A DNA stretch of 63,851 nucleotides, the filler included, from Octopus bimaculoides (taxonomy: Eukaryota), in the NCBI RefSeq assembly GCF_001194135.2. It is 4 parts of 3 records of this genome, joined end to end, with 100 filler letters (N's around TTAATTAATTAA, not from the genome) between each part and the next. Parts side by side here need not be neighbours in the genome. Positions count along the whole stretch, not along the records: positions 24,311 to 44,727 come from NC_068993.1; positions 44,828 to 59,450 come from NC_068981.1; 2 more parts are not named here. One strand, written 5' to 3'. The notes under the pieces were generated by a model, which was not told the origin of the DNA, made no database searches, and saw nothing but the letters and a program-made list of their open reading frames with translations. Position numbers and translations under genes: made by a program. Of this stretch, positions 39,738 through 52,299 are shown piece after piece (position 1 is the first letter of the stretch; each line of letters starts with the position of its first letter).

Positions 39738-40394
39738 GAGAGAAAGTGGGAAAGATATATACCTGTAAGTGTATAATATATTTATTTCAACAATGCTTGT
39801 GAGAATTCATTGTAGCGAACAAGTGAGTCGTCAGTTGAGATATAATAAAAAGGAAATGAAAACTAACGTCATCGGATGACGGATAGCAAGTGATATGAAT
39901 TCGGGGTAGTTTATTTTATCGATTGTCTTATATTTTTCATGAGTAATCGTAGTAAAGATTACTTCTATCATATCACTGCTGCTTGCTACAGAGCAGTGGG
40001 AGGGAAGAGAAATCATTTTGTTTCAAGTTTGAAGTTAAATTCGACTTTTAATATTTGATTTCTTTGTGTATGTGTTTCGGTTTTGTTTTCCAAAGGATAT
40101 CCATTTCTGGTCACAGTCTGTTATAAATCTTTCCTAGTATTTACAGAGAGATGTACACTTTGGTTCCTTTGGAGTTAGTTTTGATTGAATGAAAGACGAA
40201 TAAGATAGATTTCAAAATATATTCCTCTTACGAAACAAAATGGGACGAACAAAGAATTCCTGGAATGGATCTGAAATCGGAAGTGAATCACTGTGGCGTT
40301 TCACACCAGACTTATTATCTATTTTATGGCGTTTTCAATAGATTCGATATTGTTCTATATTTAAATTGACTCCGAGGAATATATTTTATGTACA

Positions 40395-40799
40395 TTTGTT
40401 GTTAAAATATGTACATTTGTTGTTGGCACTCCGTCGCTTACGACGTCGTTGGTTCCAGTTGATCCGACAACGGAACAGTCTGCTCGTGAAATTTATGTGC
40501 AAGTGGCTGAGCACTCCACAGACACGTGTACCCTTAACGTAGTTCTCGGCGATATTCAGCGTGAAACAGTGTGACAAGGCTGACCCTTTGAATTACAGGC
40601 ACAACAGAAACAGGAAGTAAGAGTGAGAGAAAGTTGTGGTGAAAGAGTACAGCAGGGTTCGCCACCATCCCCTGCCGGAGCCTCGTTGAGATTTAGGTGT
40701 TTTCGCTCAATAAACACTCACAACGCCCGGTCTGGGAATCGAAACCGCGATCCTATGACCGCGAGTCCGCTGCCCTAACCACTGGGCCATTGCGCCTCC
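40395..40799 (-). mobile_element. Full-length tRNA-derived SINE (family C) with intact Pol III boxes and 10-bp TSD
   Basis: Head GGAGGCGCAATGGCCCAGTGGTTAGGGC..GGTTTCGATTCCC; TSD TTTATGTACA at 40385-40394 and 40800-40809. Confidence 0.92.
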
Positions 40800-41639
40800 T
40801 TTATGTACAAGTAATAACACTTAATGCAGATGAAGAATAAATATGAGACTTTTCTGGAGTTGAAAAAAAAAACTTTATGTATGAATTATTATTCTATGAC
40901 ACTGGATCACGCTTCGGTTTCGTTTTCTGACTTGTCAGGTTTGGCCGAATAGATGTTACGGTTTTTATGATTCTCCGTGACTACAAACGTAGTATTTATA
41001 CTCGTGATTTTGCTTTCACCTTCATTGTAAGGGTTTCCTCATGAGACAGAAATTGAATTCCTTTTGCTTTTTATATGACATGATTTACTAAACCTTTGCG
41101 TATTTTTCTTGCTAAAGGAAGAAATTTAATTCTGGATGCCATTTTTTTCGTATATTTGTGCCTGTTACTACTGAACAAATACTTTTTCCCATGTTGAATA
41201 GGATGATTGTTTTAGTACATAATAGGATGGGTGGCCAGATCTAAAATCTAGATATTGGTGTGAGAGCGTCTCCTCTCAATAGAAATCGGTTGCAATTATC
41301 ACGATGTCCAAACAAGGTAGTTCTTTTTCGTTCATTTTCCTAAGGAATTAGAAGGATTCACGAATAATCCAAAAATTAATTTAAGGCGTCATGTAATGTT
41401 TTCCTTACTTCTATATCAAAATATGATATAGAAGTATGCTATTCCAGTTTCCTATTAAATAGGATTGGAAATGTTACCCGGAAGTAAATCTGAAAAACGC
41501 ACTGATCTTTCTTCCAGGAATCCCATTATTAGCGTCGCAAATGTTGGCGAGGCTTTTGTTCTCACTCACATACTTTGCACTCGCAGTAATATTAGTTATG
41601 AAATAAGTTGTAGTTGCTTTCCAGTAGGTATCGTAATTA

Positions 41640-42300
41640 GTTATGAATACTTTCTTTAGATATTTATGTACTGTATGGTTACGTTGAGACGGCGATATTT
41701 ATGTACTGTATGGTTACGTTGAAACTAACCAGGGACGTCTGGAACACGGTCTAGAACACAGTTTAGAAAGCCATGTCATCTCTTAAGAAACTGGGGACAC
41801 ATTTTCACAATAGTTTCAACTCTATGTCAAATAAATTGCTTAATTGGTGGGTGTTTGGTGTTGACTCTGCAACGGTTGCAAGTAATATTAAATTAGACGG
41901 TTTGGGAATCTTTACGTACGTTATCAATAAATTAAATGTACATGTACGTGGTTATAAAATCTATAAAACTGCAGCCAAACAGCCCTCTAACAAAAGTCAA
42001 TTTAACATGGCAGGACATATTGAAGAACGTCGCTATGGATAGATTATCGTGATATAAAATGGTATTGTGCTGGCTGAAAGGTTTTAGTAATTGGTCTGAT
42101 GGATGAAAGTATTGTATATAGCCTGGGGCGATATACAATAACAATAGCAACAACAATGTCACCACCAAACAACAATGGGAATATCAGGAGAACAGTATCA
42201 ATCAACCAAACAACAACAATTAAAACATCACCACGAACAGCTTTTACTCCACCTCTCCCACTCAGTACTGTTGACGAATTCCTCGTTGTGTTGCATGTTA
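41640..42300 (-). mobile_element. Possible piggyBac-like fossil
   Basis: QLLKPF..TILYHDNL (LL.PY..LY.DN-like), then K.P.IKQ and MAF..VLD. Weak. Confidence 0.3.
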
Positions 42301-43149
42301 ACCATAAATATTTGATAAATTCATTCAACTTATAAAAGCTAAAACAAAAAAATAAATAGAACATTTTTGTTTAAAATAAATTAAAATACATAAAATGTAT
42401 CGTCATCAATTGTGATATTCCTTGAATTAGGAATTATCACCCGCGGTATATTTATTTACATTTTCATTAGCCTAATCTTATCAAATTTTATTAAAACTGA
42501 CCAGTAATTATAGAAGGTCACTCTGTGTTTATAGCATTGAATTCTTCCATTATTTGAAATAGAGAAGTGACGACCTTTACTTCAAGTAACTTCCTTTTGT
42601 CTGACATTTGTTTTAAAACCTGCGTGTTCATTAGCAGACGAAAACTAATTATTTATGGAATTATCTAAAATGCTGATCAAGTGACAGTTGATAATTAGTA
42701 TCTGACAAAATATTAAAGGTGATTATTATGTTTTGCAAATATTTTAAATTTCCAGTATCTCATTTCTTTTCCGTGTTCATATAGTGATCCCTAGTCACCT
42801 CTACTCACGTAAACAATGAAAACACGGTACCCCCAGAGTCATTCAGTATGCCGTATATAACAACTAATTTCCTCTCTTGAAAAGTTGACTGATACATCAA
42901 GTACTGTGATCATATATACACTGTGTCTGAAACAAGAAACTCTAAGACTAAAGAACAACAACAATAACTCTAACAACTCTGAGTTACATAATATGAAGAA
43001 AAGTTCAAAATGGATCTACGAAATATTCACTGAACTAGAGAGCTGAACAACTTTCACAATCCTGTAAAGCCAATCACCTCACTCATGTTTCTGCGTTCAC
43101 CTCCAGATTTTGAATTTTCTGGAATACCCACCTTACTCGCTATTTCCCT

Positions 43150-43750
43150 ATAGACGCACACATACCTATGCACAACTTAAACAATATCAATGTCGAAGAA
43201 CTTGTAAATATTTCGGGTACTTCTTTTTTGCGTGTCAATGTATATTGTTTAAAAGTATTAGAAAAATGTTTTCAAGTTATAATTGCATCTGACAGAGATT
43301 AGTCATGTATTAGTGAACAGTTTTATGGTAAGCGAGAGAAATAGTGTCAAGCACTAACCCAACAGTTTCTCGTAACAAGACGAAATTAGTGTCGACATGG
43401 TTTCCATAATGAAACATAATCTCTAAACGTAGTCCTCTCAACATTGTTTATTGATTAAAAAATACTAGATCGCGTAGGTACTGTATTATCTCAAATACTG
43501 TTATCAGACACGGGGTCCTCACGCCAAGCGACAAACTGAGATCTATAATATCACTTGTTGATAGCAAGCCACAGCATATATTAGTATTATATCTCTCAGA
43601 CCTGTAAATCCCATCCCCTCATCAGCAAAATATCAGGTAAAGGATTGAAAACTAAGATCCGATTTCGATTGCTACTTTAGAATTAACAATGTCACCTATC
43701 GAATGAAAGATATTTTTACACATCTTTTTCTTAATAAAGAGCTATTACGA
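43150..43750 (+). mobile_element. Highly decayed CR1/L2-like RT remnant
   Basis: Ordered remnants across frames: NISGTSFL..KVLEK, SEQFYG, DMVSI, HCLLIK, RHGV and LYLSDL, matching RT domain order. Confidence 0.4.
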
Positions 43751-44029
43751 TAAGCAATTTTTATCTGTCCTTAGATGAAGTAAATACATATAACCACTCG
43801 GGAAAATGTACGACATAAGTATATTATCAGCGTAAATGCAATAAAGTGTACATTATGAAAACTAAAGTCTATAGCATTTAGAGAGAGTTAAATTCTAAAA
43901 GGGTAACATAATAGAAATCAGAGCATAATATCATATTTCGGAAACAGGACGGAGTCAGGCTAACGATTTTACAATATTTATTTTTATCACACATCATTTG
44001 GATCTTAAATTGCTACATAAATTTTGCAT

Positions 44030-44034
44030 TATAT

Positions 44035-44108
<74 letters not shown>

Positions 44109-44109
44109 G

Positions 44110-44141
<32 letters not shown>

Positions 44142-44150
44142 TATTATTAT
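44030..44150. repeat. Compound (ATTT)n-(TTA)n-(TCA)n microsatellite
   Basis: Directly visible. Confidence 0.95.
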
Positions 44151-44350
44151 AAGGCGTCAAGCTAGCAGAATCGTTAGAACGACGAGCGAAATGCTTAGTG
44201 CTATTTCGCCCGTCGCTACGTTCTGATATCAAATTCCACCGAGGTAGACTTTGTCTTTCATCCCTTTGGGGTCGATAAAATAAGTGCCATTTGAATACTG
44301 GGGTCGATGTAATCTACACATACCCACAAAAGCTGCTCTTGTAACAAAAA
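44151..44350 (+). mobile_element. SINE family A
   Basis: AAGGCGTCAAGCTAGCAGAATCGTTAG...CATCCCTTTGGGGTCGATAAAATAAGT...GGGGTCGATGTAAT. Confidence 0.88.
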
Positions 44351-44389
44351 TTTGAAATATTATTATTACTATTATTATAATTATTATTA

Positions 44390-44727
44390 TTTTATGTTTG
44401 ACTTTTGTTTTGCATTTGTACAAGTTGGATCCAAGTCTCACCCAGAGACCTCAAGAGACAACAAGTTAGAAGTTCATGTAGGTGTTATGCCTAGGGTACC
44501 TTATATTTAGATTTGTACAGTTTTGTTCAAGTGAATGTTTAAGAAACCATAAGAAAGTTATGTGTTTGTTTTAAAATTTGAGATCACATAGACAGTATTT
44601 TACGTAGGATATGGGCAGTTCCCATGAGCACTATCTTTTGAACTTCAGCCATTTTGGGGTTTCCTGGTATCTGAGCTAGGTAGTAATCAGCCCGTTTCGC
44701 TGTCATTCCCAGGGCACCTATGACAAT
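44390..44727 (-). mobile_element. R4/Dong-like LINE extreme 3' end
   Basis: IVIGALGM..KRADYYLAQIPGNPKMAEVQKIVLMGTAHILRKILSM*, then a 3' UTR and an (AAT)n-like tail at about 44358-44391. Confidence 0.88.
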
Positions 44728-45149
44728 NNNNNNNNNNNNNNNNNNNNNNNNNNNNNNNNNNNNNNNNNNNNTTAATTAATTAANNNNNNNNNNNNNNNNN
44801 NNNNNNNNNNNNNNNNNNNNNNNNNNNTGTGTGTGTCTGTGTGTGTGTGTGTGTGTGTGTGTCTGTGTGTGTGTGTGTGTGTGTGTGTATATACAATAGA
44901 ATCTCGGTGTCTTTCTCATATTCACCTAGTGTCTTCCTTCCCTCATACATTCACAACGCCAACCATTCTTTCCGTTTATTTAACTCTTTCTCCTTCCCTG
45001 CTGACCCCTCTCGACATCAAATAAAGTGTCTTGCTCAAGAACACAACACACAACCCGGTCCAGTTATCAAACTCACAACCTCACGGTCGTAAGCTCGACG
45101 TTCTAACCACTGAGCCATGCACCTTCATGACCAAAATATATTAACAGAT

Positions 45150-45390
45150 TGCATGATGCTATTCCAAAGACAAGCAATCCTGGTTTGCCAATGGGCTCTT
45201 AGCAGCATGTCATTCTAGTACAAAAAATGAAAAAATAAAATAAACCATTGACATTAATTTCTCTTGTATGGAATTTCAGTATGGTAAAACCTGATGACAA
45301 TACTTTCGTGAGGAACTTCCACAGAAAAACACTTAAACCTTGAACAACTTCAGAATCCAATAGAACTTTGATCTGAATCAAGAACAAAGA
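45150..45390 (-). mobile_element. piggyBac-like fossil
   Basis: LLDSEVVQGL..K..REINVNG aligns by eye with the 2700-3000 fragment. Confidence 0.35.
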
Positions 45391-45650
45391 CTACCTTCGG
45401 AGTTTCCCCTATACGGTGATCCTTCACAACGAAGTTCTTTTTGTGCTAAAACACTTTCTAGACCTTCGTCCAGACCCTCAACGCAACACCTCCACACTTC
45501 GTTTGGCTGAACTTATCCTACTCCTCAAATGCTTTTCGTTGGTGGCGGAGTCTTACAAACATTTCTCGGGAGTGGCCATGGGAACGAAAGTAGGCCCCCA
45601 ACTATGCGAACTTGTTCGTTGGCTACGTCGTCTTGAAGAGTCAAAGTAAG
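45390..45650 (+). mobile_element. Penelope-like RT fragment
   Basis: YTVILHNE.L.VLKHFLD.R...LRLAELIL.LKCFS...GVAMGTKVGP. Confidence 0.85.
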
Positions 45651-46599
45651 CCCATTTTACATCATTTCGTTCCTCCTCCACCTTAATTCGTGCCGGGCTT
45701 AATTTTTATTGTCCGTCTCACTTTAAGGCCGATAAAATGATACCTCTGTTGTGGCTAGTCGAAGCCAGTTTTAACCGATTTTACTACTCTACAAGCAAAG
45801 GTAATATTTCCCCATGATCACACATATTTTACAAGATTGGAAACAAAACGCTGCTTGCATTTGCAATGACACTCGCTGACAACTATCAAGTGATGTCATG
45901 GCCAAGAGACAGNNNNNNNNNNNNNNNNNNNNNNNNNNNNNNNNNNNNNNNNNNNNNNNNNNNNNNNNNNNNNNNNNNNNNNNNNNNNNNNNNNNNNNNN
46001 NNNNNNNNNNNNNNNNNNNNNNNNNNNNNNNNNNNNNNNNNNNNNNNNNNNNNNNNNNNNNNNNNNNNNNNNNNNNNNNNNNNNNNNNNNNNNNNNNNNN
46101 NNNNNNNNNNNNNNNNNNNNNNNNNNNNNNNNNNNNNNNNNNNNNNNNNNNNNNNNNNNNNNNNNNNNNNNNNNNNNNNNNNNNNNNNNNNNNNNNNNNN
46201 NNNNNNNNNNNNNNNNNNNNNNNNNNNNNNNNNNNNNNNNNNNNNNNNNNNNNNNNNNNNNNNNNNNNNNNNNNNNNNNNNNNNNNNNNNNNNNNNNNNN
46301 NNNNNNNNNNNNNNNNNNNNNNNNNNNNNNNNNNNNNNNNNNNNNNNNNNNNNNNNNNNNNNNNNNNNNNNNNNNNNNNNNNNNNNNNNNNNNNNNNNNN
46401 NNNNNNNNNNNNNNNNNNNNNNNNNNNNNNNNNNNNNNNNNNNNNNNNNNNNNNNNNNNNNNNNNNNNNNNNNNNNNNNNNNNNNNNNNATATATATATA
46501 TATATATATAATGATAATAATAGACTCTCCCGTCGTTAGACGACGTATGTGGGTTCGATGTTTTCTTATCGAACAACCACACAGATGATTTGTTTATAG

Positions 46600-46800
46600 T
46601 GATCAAATATTTGCGTAGACATAGGTTCACTCCCTCCATCAGATTGACATTACTTATACAGGTGCAACTGGGTACCACATGTCAGATGTCGAAACGATTG
46701 CAGAGCAACGTGAAATGAAGTGCTATGCTCAAGAACACAACGCAACGCCTGGTCTGGGAATCGAACCCAAAACCTCGCAATCGTGTGTGCAGCACCTTAA
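46600..46800 (-). mobile_element. tRNA-derived SINE fragment
   Basis: Minus strand GGGTTCGATTCCCAGACCAGGCGTTGCGTTGTGTTCTTGAGC; a similar head lies at 45020-45128. Confidence 0.7.
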
Positions 46801-47119
46801 CACACACACACACACACACACACACATTATTTAATATACACAATACATGTTTTTATGTGCTAGTAACAGTTTCCTACGTTGAGAAATACCTCAAGCATAT
46901 TCATCAGGCACATTTTCTATATGTTTCCTTCACAATTTGTCACGCTTCTTCTCTCATTCAATTTTTAACTTGTTATAATATGTGGTTTGTGCCAGATGAA
47001 CATGATTGAGGTATTTCTCAACATTTGAAACTATTAGTAGCACATAAAAATATGTATTGTGTTTATTAAATAATATGTGTCTCTCACAGATGGTGTGCTT
47101 TTTTTTTTTAACACTTACG

Positions 47120-47386
47120 TCGCATTTTAACATACATATTTACCAAAATTGCATTAGAATATCTTAAAATACTAAAGGGTAAATTTATTCAAACACCACG
47201 GCTTCCAAACGACGTCGGAATCTTGTGCAACTCTTCTGGACAGTCTCCTTGTTTAAATTGGTGAATGCTACCATAATCCTTGCTCACCTGCGTCCCACGC
47301 ATAATAATTAAGGGGATTGCAGTCTAGGGAGTTAGGTGGCCAGATGTTAGGGGCGATGTGCTCACAGAACTATGACTGGATTCTCC
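47120..47386 (-). mobile_element. Tc1/mariner (DD37D-like) 3' fragment
   Basis: HIAPNIWPPNSLDCNPLNYYAW. Confidence 0.7.
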
Positions 47387-48315
47387 NNNNNNNNNNNNNN
47401 NNNNNNNNNNNNNNNNNNNNNNNNNNNNNNNNNNNNNNNNNNNNNNNNNNNNNNNNNNNNNNNNNNNNNNNNNNNNNNNNNNNNNNNNNNNNNNNNNNNN
47501 NNNNNNNNNNNNNNNNNNNNNNNNNNNNNNNNNNNNNNNNNNNNNNNNNNNNNNNNNNNNNNNNNNNNNNNNNNNNNNNNNNNNNNNNNNNNNNNNNNNN
47601 NNNNNNNNNNNNNNNNNNNNNNNNNNNNNNNNNNNNNNNNNNNNNNNNNNNNNNNNNNNNNNNNNNNNNNNNNNNNNNNNNNNNNNNNNNNNNNNNNNNN
47701 NNNNNNNNNNNNNNNNNNNNNNNNNNNNNNNNNNNNNNNNNNNNNNNNNNNNNNNNNNNNNNNNNNNNNNNNNNNNNNNNNNNNNNNNNNNNNNNNNNNN
47801 NNNNNNNNNNNNNNNNNNNNNNNNNNNNNNNNNNNNNNNNNNNNNNNNNNNNNNNNNNNNNNNNNNNNNNNNNNNNNNNNNNNNNNNNNNNNNNNNNNNN
47901 NNNNNNNNNNNNNNNNNNNNNNNNNNNNNNNNNNNNNNNNNNNNNNNNNNNNNNNNNNNNNNNNNNNNNNNNNNNNNNNNNNNNNNNNNNNNNNNNNNNN
48001 NNNNNNNNNNNNNNNNNNNNNNNNNNNNNNNNNNNNNNNNNNNNNNNNNNNNNNNNNNNNNNNNNNNNNNNNNNNNNNNNNNNNNNNNNNNNNNNNNNNN
48101 NNNNNNNNNNNNNNNNNNNNNNNNNNNNNNNNNNNNNNNNNNNNNNNNNNNNNNNNNNNNNNNNNNNNNNNNNNNNNNNNNNNNNNNNNNNNNNNNNNNN
48201 NNNNNNNNNNNNNNNNNNNNNNNNNNNNNNNNNNNNNNNNNNNNNNNNNNNNNNNNNNNNNNNNNNNNNNNNNNNNNNNNNNNNNNNNNNNNNNNNNNNN
48301 NNNNNNNNNNNNNNN

Positions 48316-48417
48316 GTCTGTGGAGCGCTCAGCCACTTGCACGTTAATTTCTGGAGCAGGCTGTTCTGTTGATCGTATCAACTGGAACCCTCGTAGTCGT
48401 AACCGACGGAGTGCCAT
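48316..48417 (+). mobile_element. 3' tail of a family C SINE
   Basis: GTCTGTGGAGCGCTCAGCCACTTGCAC...GTAACCGACGGAGTGCCA. Confidence 0.85.
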
Positions 48418-48439
48418 GACATGCATACATAGATACTTG

Positions 48440-51410
48440 CTTGACAGATGACGACGTCGCCTTTGGTCCTTAGGGGTTGTCTTGATGGCGTTGGCAGGCC
48501 CTCTCGTGGCTGAAAAGGCCGATTCTGGAGGTACACGTCCGATTACACTGAGAGGAGCGAAGAGGGCTCTGACGAAGATGAGCTCGTCTAGGATTTTGCT
48601 GACGTTCCTTGAGCTGTTTCCGCTTTTCTTCGCGAAGTCTAGTCCGCTTATCCTCAAAATGCTGCGTACCAGTTTTGGCCATACCCCTTCAGGTAGTACG
48701 GTGTGGGGCCAGTGTTTCAAGTTCACCAGGGGATGTTACAGATCTTCAGGGATTTCTTGAGATGATCTTTATATCGCTTCTTTGGACCTCCATGCGGTCG
48801 GCTACCCTCTGCTAACTCCCGCAAAAGGACAATCTTGGGTATACAGGTTTCTGGCATCCTGATAACATGCCCCACCCAGCGCAGTTCACGTTCGAGGATC
48901 GTACATTTAATGTTGGTCAATTTCGCTCATCTCAGGATTTCTGTATGTGGGATCTTGTCCTTCCAGGTCAGATGAAGAATGCGCTGGAGACAGCGGATAT
49001 GAAAGGATTCGAAGAGTTTGACATGACGACGATAAAGTGTCCATGTTTCTGACACAGAGAAGCGTAGAAACCACAATAGCATGATAAACCTCAATTTTCA
49101 TGGAGAGATTCAGATCACGATTAAGGACCACCCTATACTTGAGACGTTCAAAAGCGGAGGAGGCAAGGTGGATGCGATTCTGAATTTCGTGGTCAATGAC
49201 CCCATTGCTTGAGATGATGCTACTCAAATAAGTGATTTTCTCGGTGTTCTTTAGCTGGTTGTCTTGGATCGAAAGAGTCACAGGGGGTGAACCATTTTTG
49301 GAGCGTTGAAGGATCTCTGTTTTCTTGGTGTTGACCTGGAGTCTATCCTGACGATAGGCGTCGCACACAACGTCTAGGTTCTACTGACGGTTGGCTGGTT
49401 CGTGGGCGAGAGCTTCGCAGTCATCGGCNNNNNNNNNNNNNNNNNNNNNNNNNNNNNNNNNNNNNNNNNNNNNNNNNNNNNNNNNNNNNNNNNNNNNNNN
49501 NNNNNNNNNNNNNNNNNNNNNNNNNNNNNNNNNNNNNNNNNNNNNNNNNNNNNNNNNNNNNNNNNNNNNNNNNNNNNNNNNNNNNNNNNNNNNNNNNNNN
49601 NNNNNNNNNNNNNNNNNNNNNNNNNNNNNNNNNNNNTTAACACCGACTTGAACGTTGAAGTAGTCAGACTGATGACCCCCCAATGTCACACGTGCTTGCA
49701 TGCCGTCATGTAACTGGCGTAGCATGGTAAGAAGCTTAGGAGGGTATCCATACCTCTGCAGGACATTCAATAGTAGTGGGCGGCTAATAGTATCAAAAGC
49801 CTTAGTTAGGTCAATAAAGGCAAGCGAGGCATCACGTTGTTGTTCTCGGCACTTCTCTAACAGGAGGCGGGAGACGAAGACGATGTCGATAGTACTACGG
49901 TTAGCTCTAAAACCGCATTGAGACTCTGGAAGGATTCCTTCAACGAAGTGGCCAAGAAGTCGAGAGAGCAGGGCATGTGCTAAGACCTTTCCTGCAACAT
50001 CCAGGATTGAAATACCTCTGCTGTTGTTGCAGTCTGAGCGATCTCCCTTCTTCTTGAAGATGGTTATTATGTCTGCGTGTTTCTAGCGTTGAGGGATCAA
50101 GACACTTTTCCAACAGTAGAGGATAATCTGATGAAGACGCTGGACAAGAGCAAGACCACCATATTTATAGATCTCCCCCGACACACCATCTGATCCAGAT
50201 GATTTCTTGTTTCTTAAGTAGGAGAGAGCTGTACGGATTTCTAGAGGGAGCATTCCGTATCCAGCTCAGGCAGAGGAGGGAGAGGAGGGAGAGGAGGGGA
50301 TGAGGGAGCTCATCAATCAGTGTAGTGTCTGTAGGATTTATCTTGTTCAGCAAGGAGTTGAAGTGTTCTGCCCATCTGTCACGGATCTGAGTCTTTTCCT
50401 TGTAGAGAGTGTTGCCGTCTGAAGATCGTATCAGATTGATATGATTGGAGGACGGACCGTACATGGATTTGGTTGCAGTGTAGAACACGTGGATCTTATC
50501 TGCAAAACGTTGAATTTCTACAGCTGTGTTCTTCCACCAAGTGTTCTGAATCTGCCTAAGTCTGCTCTGGCATTCCAAGCGAAGATCTTTCCAATTCTGG
50601 AGATGTGCGTTGAACCTGCTCGAGAGGTAGGCATCATGAGCCCGGTTTTTGCTTCTGAGATGAGGGAGGATCTCATCAGCAGATTCATCAAACCAGTCAG
50701 GATTGCGACGTCTAGTGTGTCCTAGTTGTTCGGTGGCGACCGAGGATATCAGGGAGATATGTTTGTCCCATATATCAACTAGCTCCTCTTGATTTACCGA
50801 GGTAGGATCAGGGTGCGGGAGAGTATCCAATTTGATGGCAAGATGATCTTGAAAGAGGCCACGATTCTCAGGATCATACAATTTCGTGGTGATCAGTCGT
50901 TTTGATGCTGTAGACTTTCGGCTAGGGGTCGAACGTTGATTCTAAGCTTAGGGCGGATAAGGTTATGGTTCATCCAACAATCTGCTCCACACATTGCGCG
51001 AGTATGGAGGGCATCGCCCATGTCTTAACGACTGACAATGATATAATCTAGGAGATGCCAATTTTGGAACGCGGTTGCATTCATGACGTCTTCCAAATGT
51101 CCCGCTGTTGAAAGAGGGCGTTAGTGATGCACAGGTCATACTCGAAGCAGAAGGTGAGTAATCTCTGTCTATTAGCGTTCATCTTCCCTGTGCCGTGAGG
51201 ACCGAGGATTCCTTACTGGGTGGTATTGTCACACCCAACACGGGAGTTGAAGTCACCCATGAGTACGATCTTGTCCGATCTGGAGATGTTCCGAAACGCA
51301 GTATGCAGAGAATCATAGAAGGTCCCCTTTATCACTTCATCAGAGTCGAGAGTTGGTCCATAAACGCTGAGAATTTCATTGTCATCAGGCTTTTCGTGGA
51401 AAGGTTGATG
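48440..51410 (-). mobile_element. RTE-clade LINE, 5'-truncated and inactivated
   Basis: APE motifs (SVYGPT, MGDFNSRVG, WHLLDYII); RT motifs (GFRANRSTID, FIDLTKAFD, ADD, LRWVGHVIRM); C-terminal C..C.SRIGLFSHERAC. Frameshifts, stops and a gap at 49429-49636. Confidence 0.95.
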
Positions 51411-52170
51411 TAGTTGTATTAGATATTGTTCTAGTATTCCATCTAACAGTTCTTATTTCTTTATTGCCCACAAGGGGCTAAACATAGAGGGGACAAACAA
51501 GGACAGACAAAGGGATTAAGTCGATTGCATCGACCCCAGTGCGTAACTGGTACTTAATTTATCGACCCCGAGAGGATGAAAGGCAAAGTCGACCTCGGCG
51601 GAATTTGAACTCAGAACGTAGCGGCAGACGAAATACCGCTAAGCATTTCGCCCGGCGGGGTAACGTTTCTGCCAACTCGCTGCCTTCCATCTAACAGTTC
51701 TGTGTACGTAGTTTGCTGGCTTGGGTTAGTGATTTCAGAGTCTTTTTGCCTGCGGGTATAAGTGAGTGTGTGTTATACTGAGCTGACTTTTGATTGATCT
51801 GACTATTTTGTCAGTTTCGTTACCAGTTAGTCTTTTATTTTTTAGGATTTCATGTCTCACAGCTCCTAGTTTATTACTGTCCATGTACAGCTTGCTATGC
51901 GGGTTTTTGCACCTCCAGATATTGTATGTCTCGTTTTGTGTGGTTGATGTTTCTGGGTTTAGTGTTGAATAATAATAAGCATGCATGACTTCGATATATT
52001 CCTCCTTAGTCCATTTCTGTCCTGTATTTCTATTTCTTTGAGATAGGTTTGGTAGTTGATCCTGAGTGTCAGTTTCGGGAATATCCCTGGTTTGATTTGC
52101 TACAGGTTCTTGAGGAAGTTGGTCCTGAATTAATGACTTTTCGAGCTCAGTGTCAGAACCTAAGGTCACT
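51411..52170 (-). mobile_element. R4/Dong-like LINE N-terminal ORF fragment
   Basis: ORF 51735-52169: QKWTKEEYIEVMHAYYYS...TYNIWR.KNP..MDSNKL..VRHEILKNKRL. Interrupted by a SINE. Confidence 0.75.
51454..51684 (-). mobile_element. Young full-length family A SINE with 17-bp TSD
   Basis: TSD TTCCATCTAACAGTTCT at 51437-51453 and 51685-51701; near-identical to 13273-13505. Confidence 0.95.
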
Positions 52171-52299
52171 TATGAACGCGTTCTTCGAACGACACGAGTT
52201 CTAGGGGGTATGTTCATGATTGGCATCAATTCTTCAAGGTTGTGCCCCAGCATGGCGGCAGTCTAATGACTGAAACAAGCAAAAGGTAAAAGAACCCTC

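Noticed and set aside
40730-40799. tRNA gene
   Set aside because: It is a tRNA-like SINE head continuing into a 400-bp body with a TSD, with no acceptor stem closure.
41640-42364. GPCR pseudogene (IVVVWLI..IFPLLFG; VLQYVLPC; YKIYKTAAKQ)
   Set aside because: The motifs fall on inconsistent strands or spacings, with no DRY, no ECL2 Cys and no NPxxY. The hydrophobicity derives from CAA-rich sequence, and a piggyBac fossil fits slightly better.
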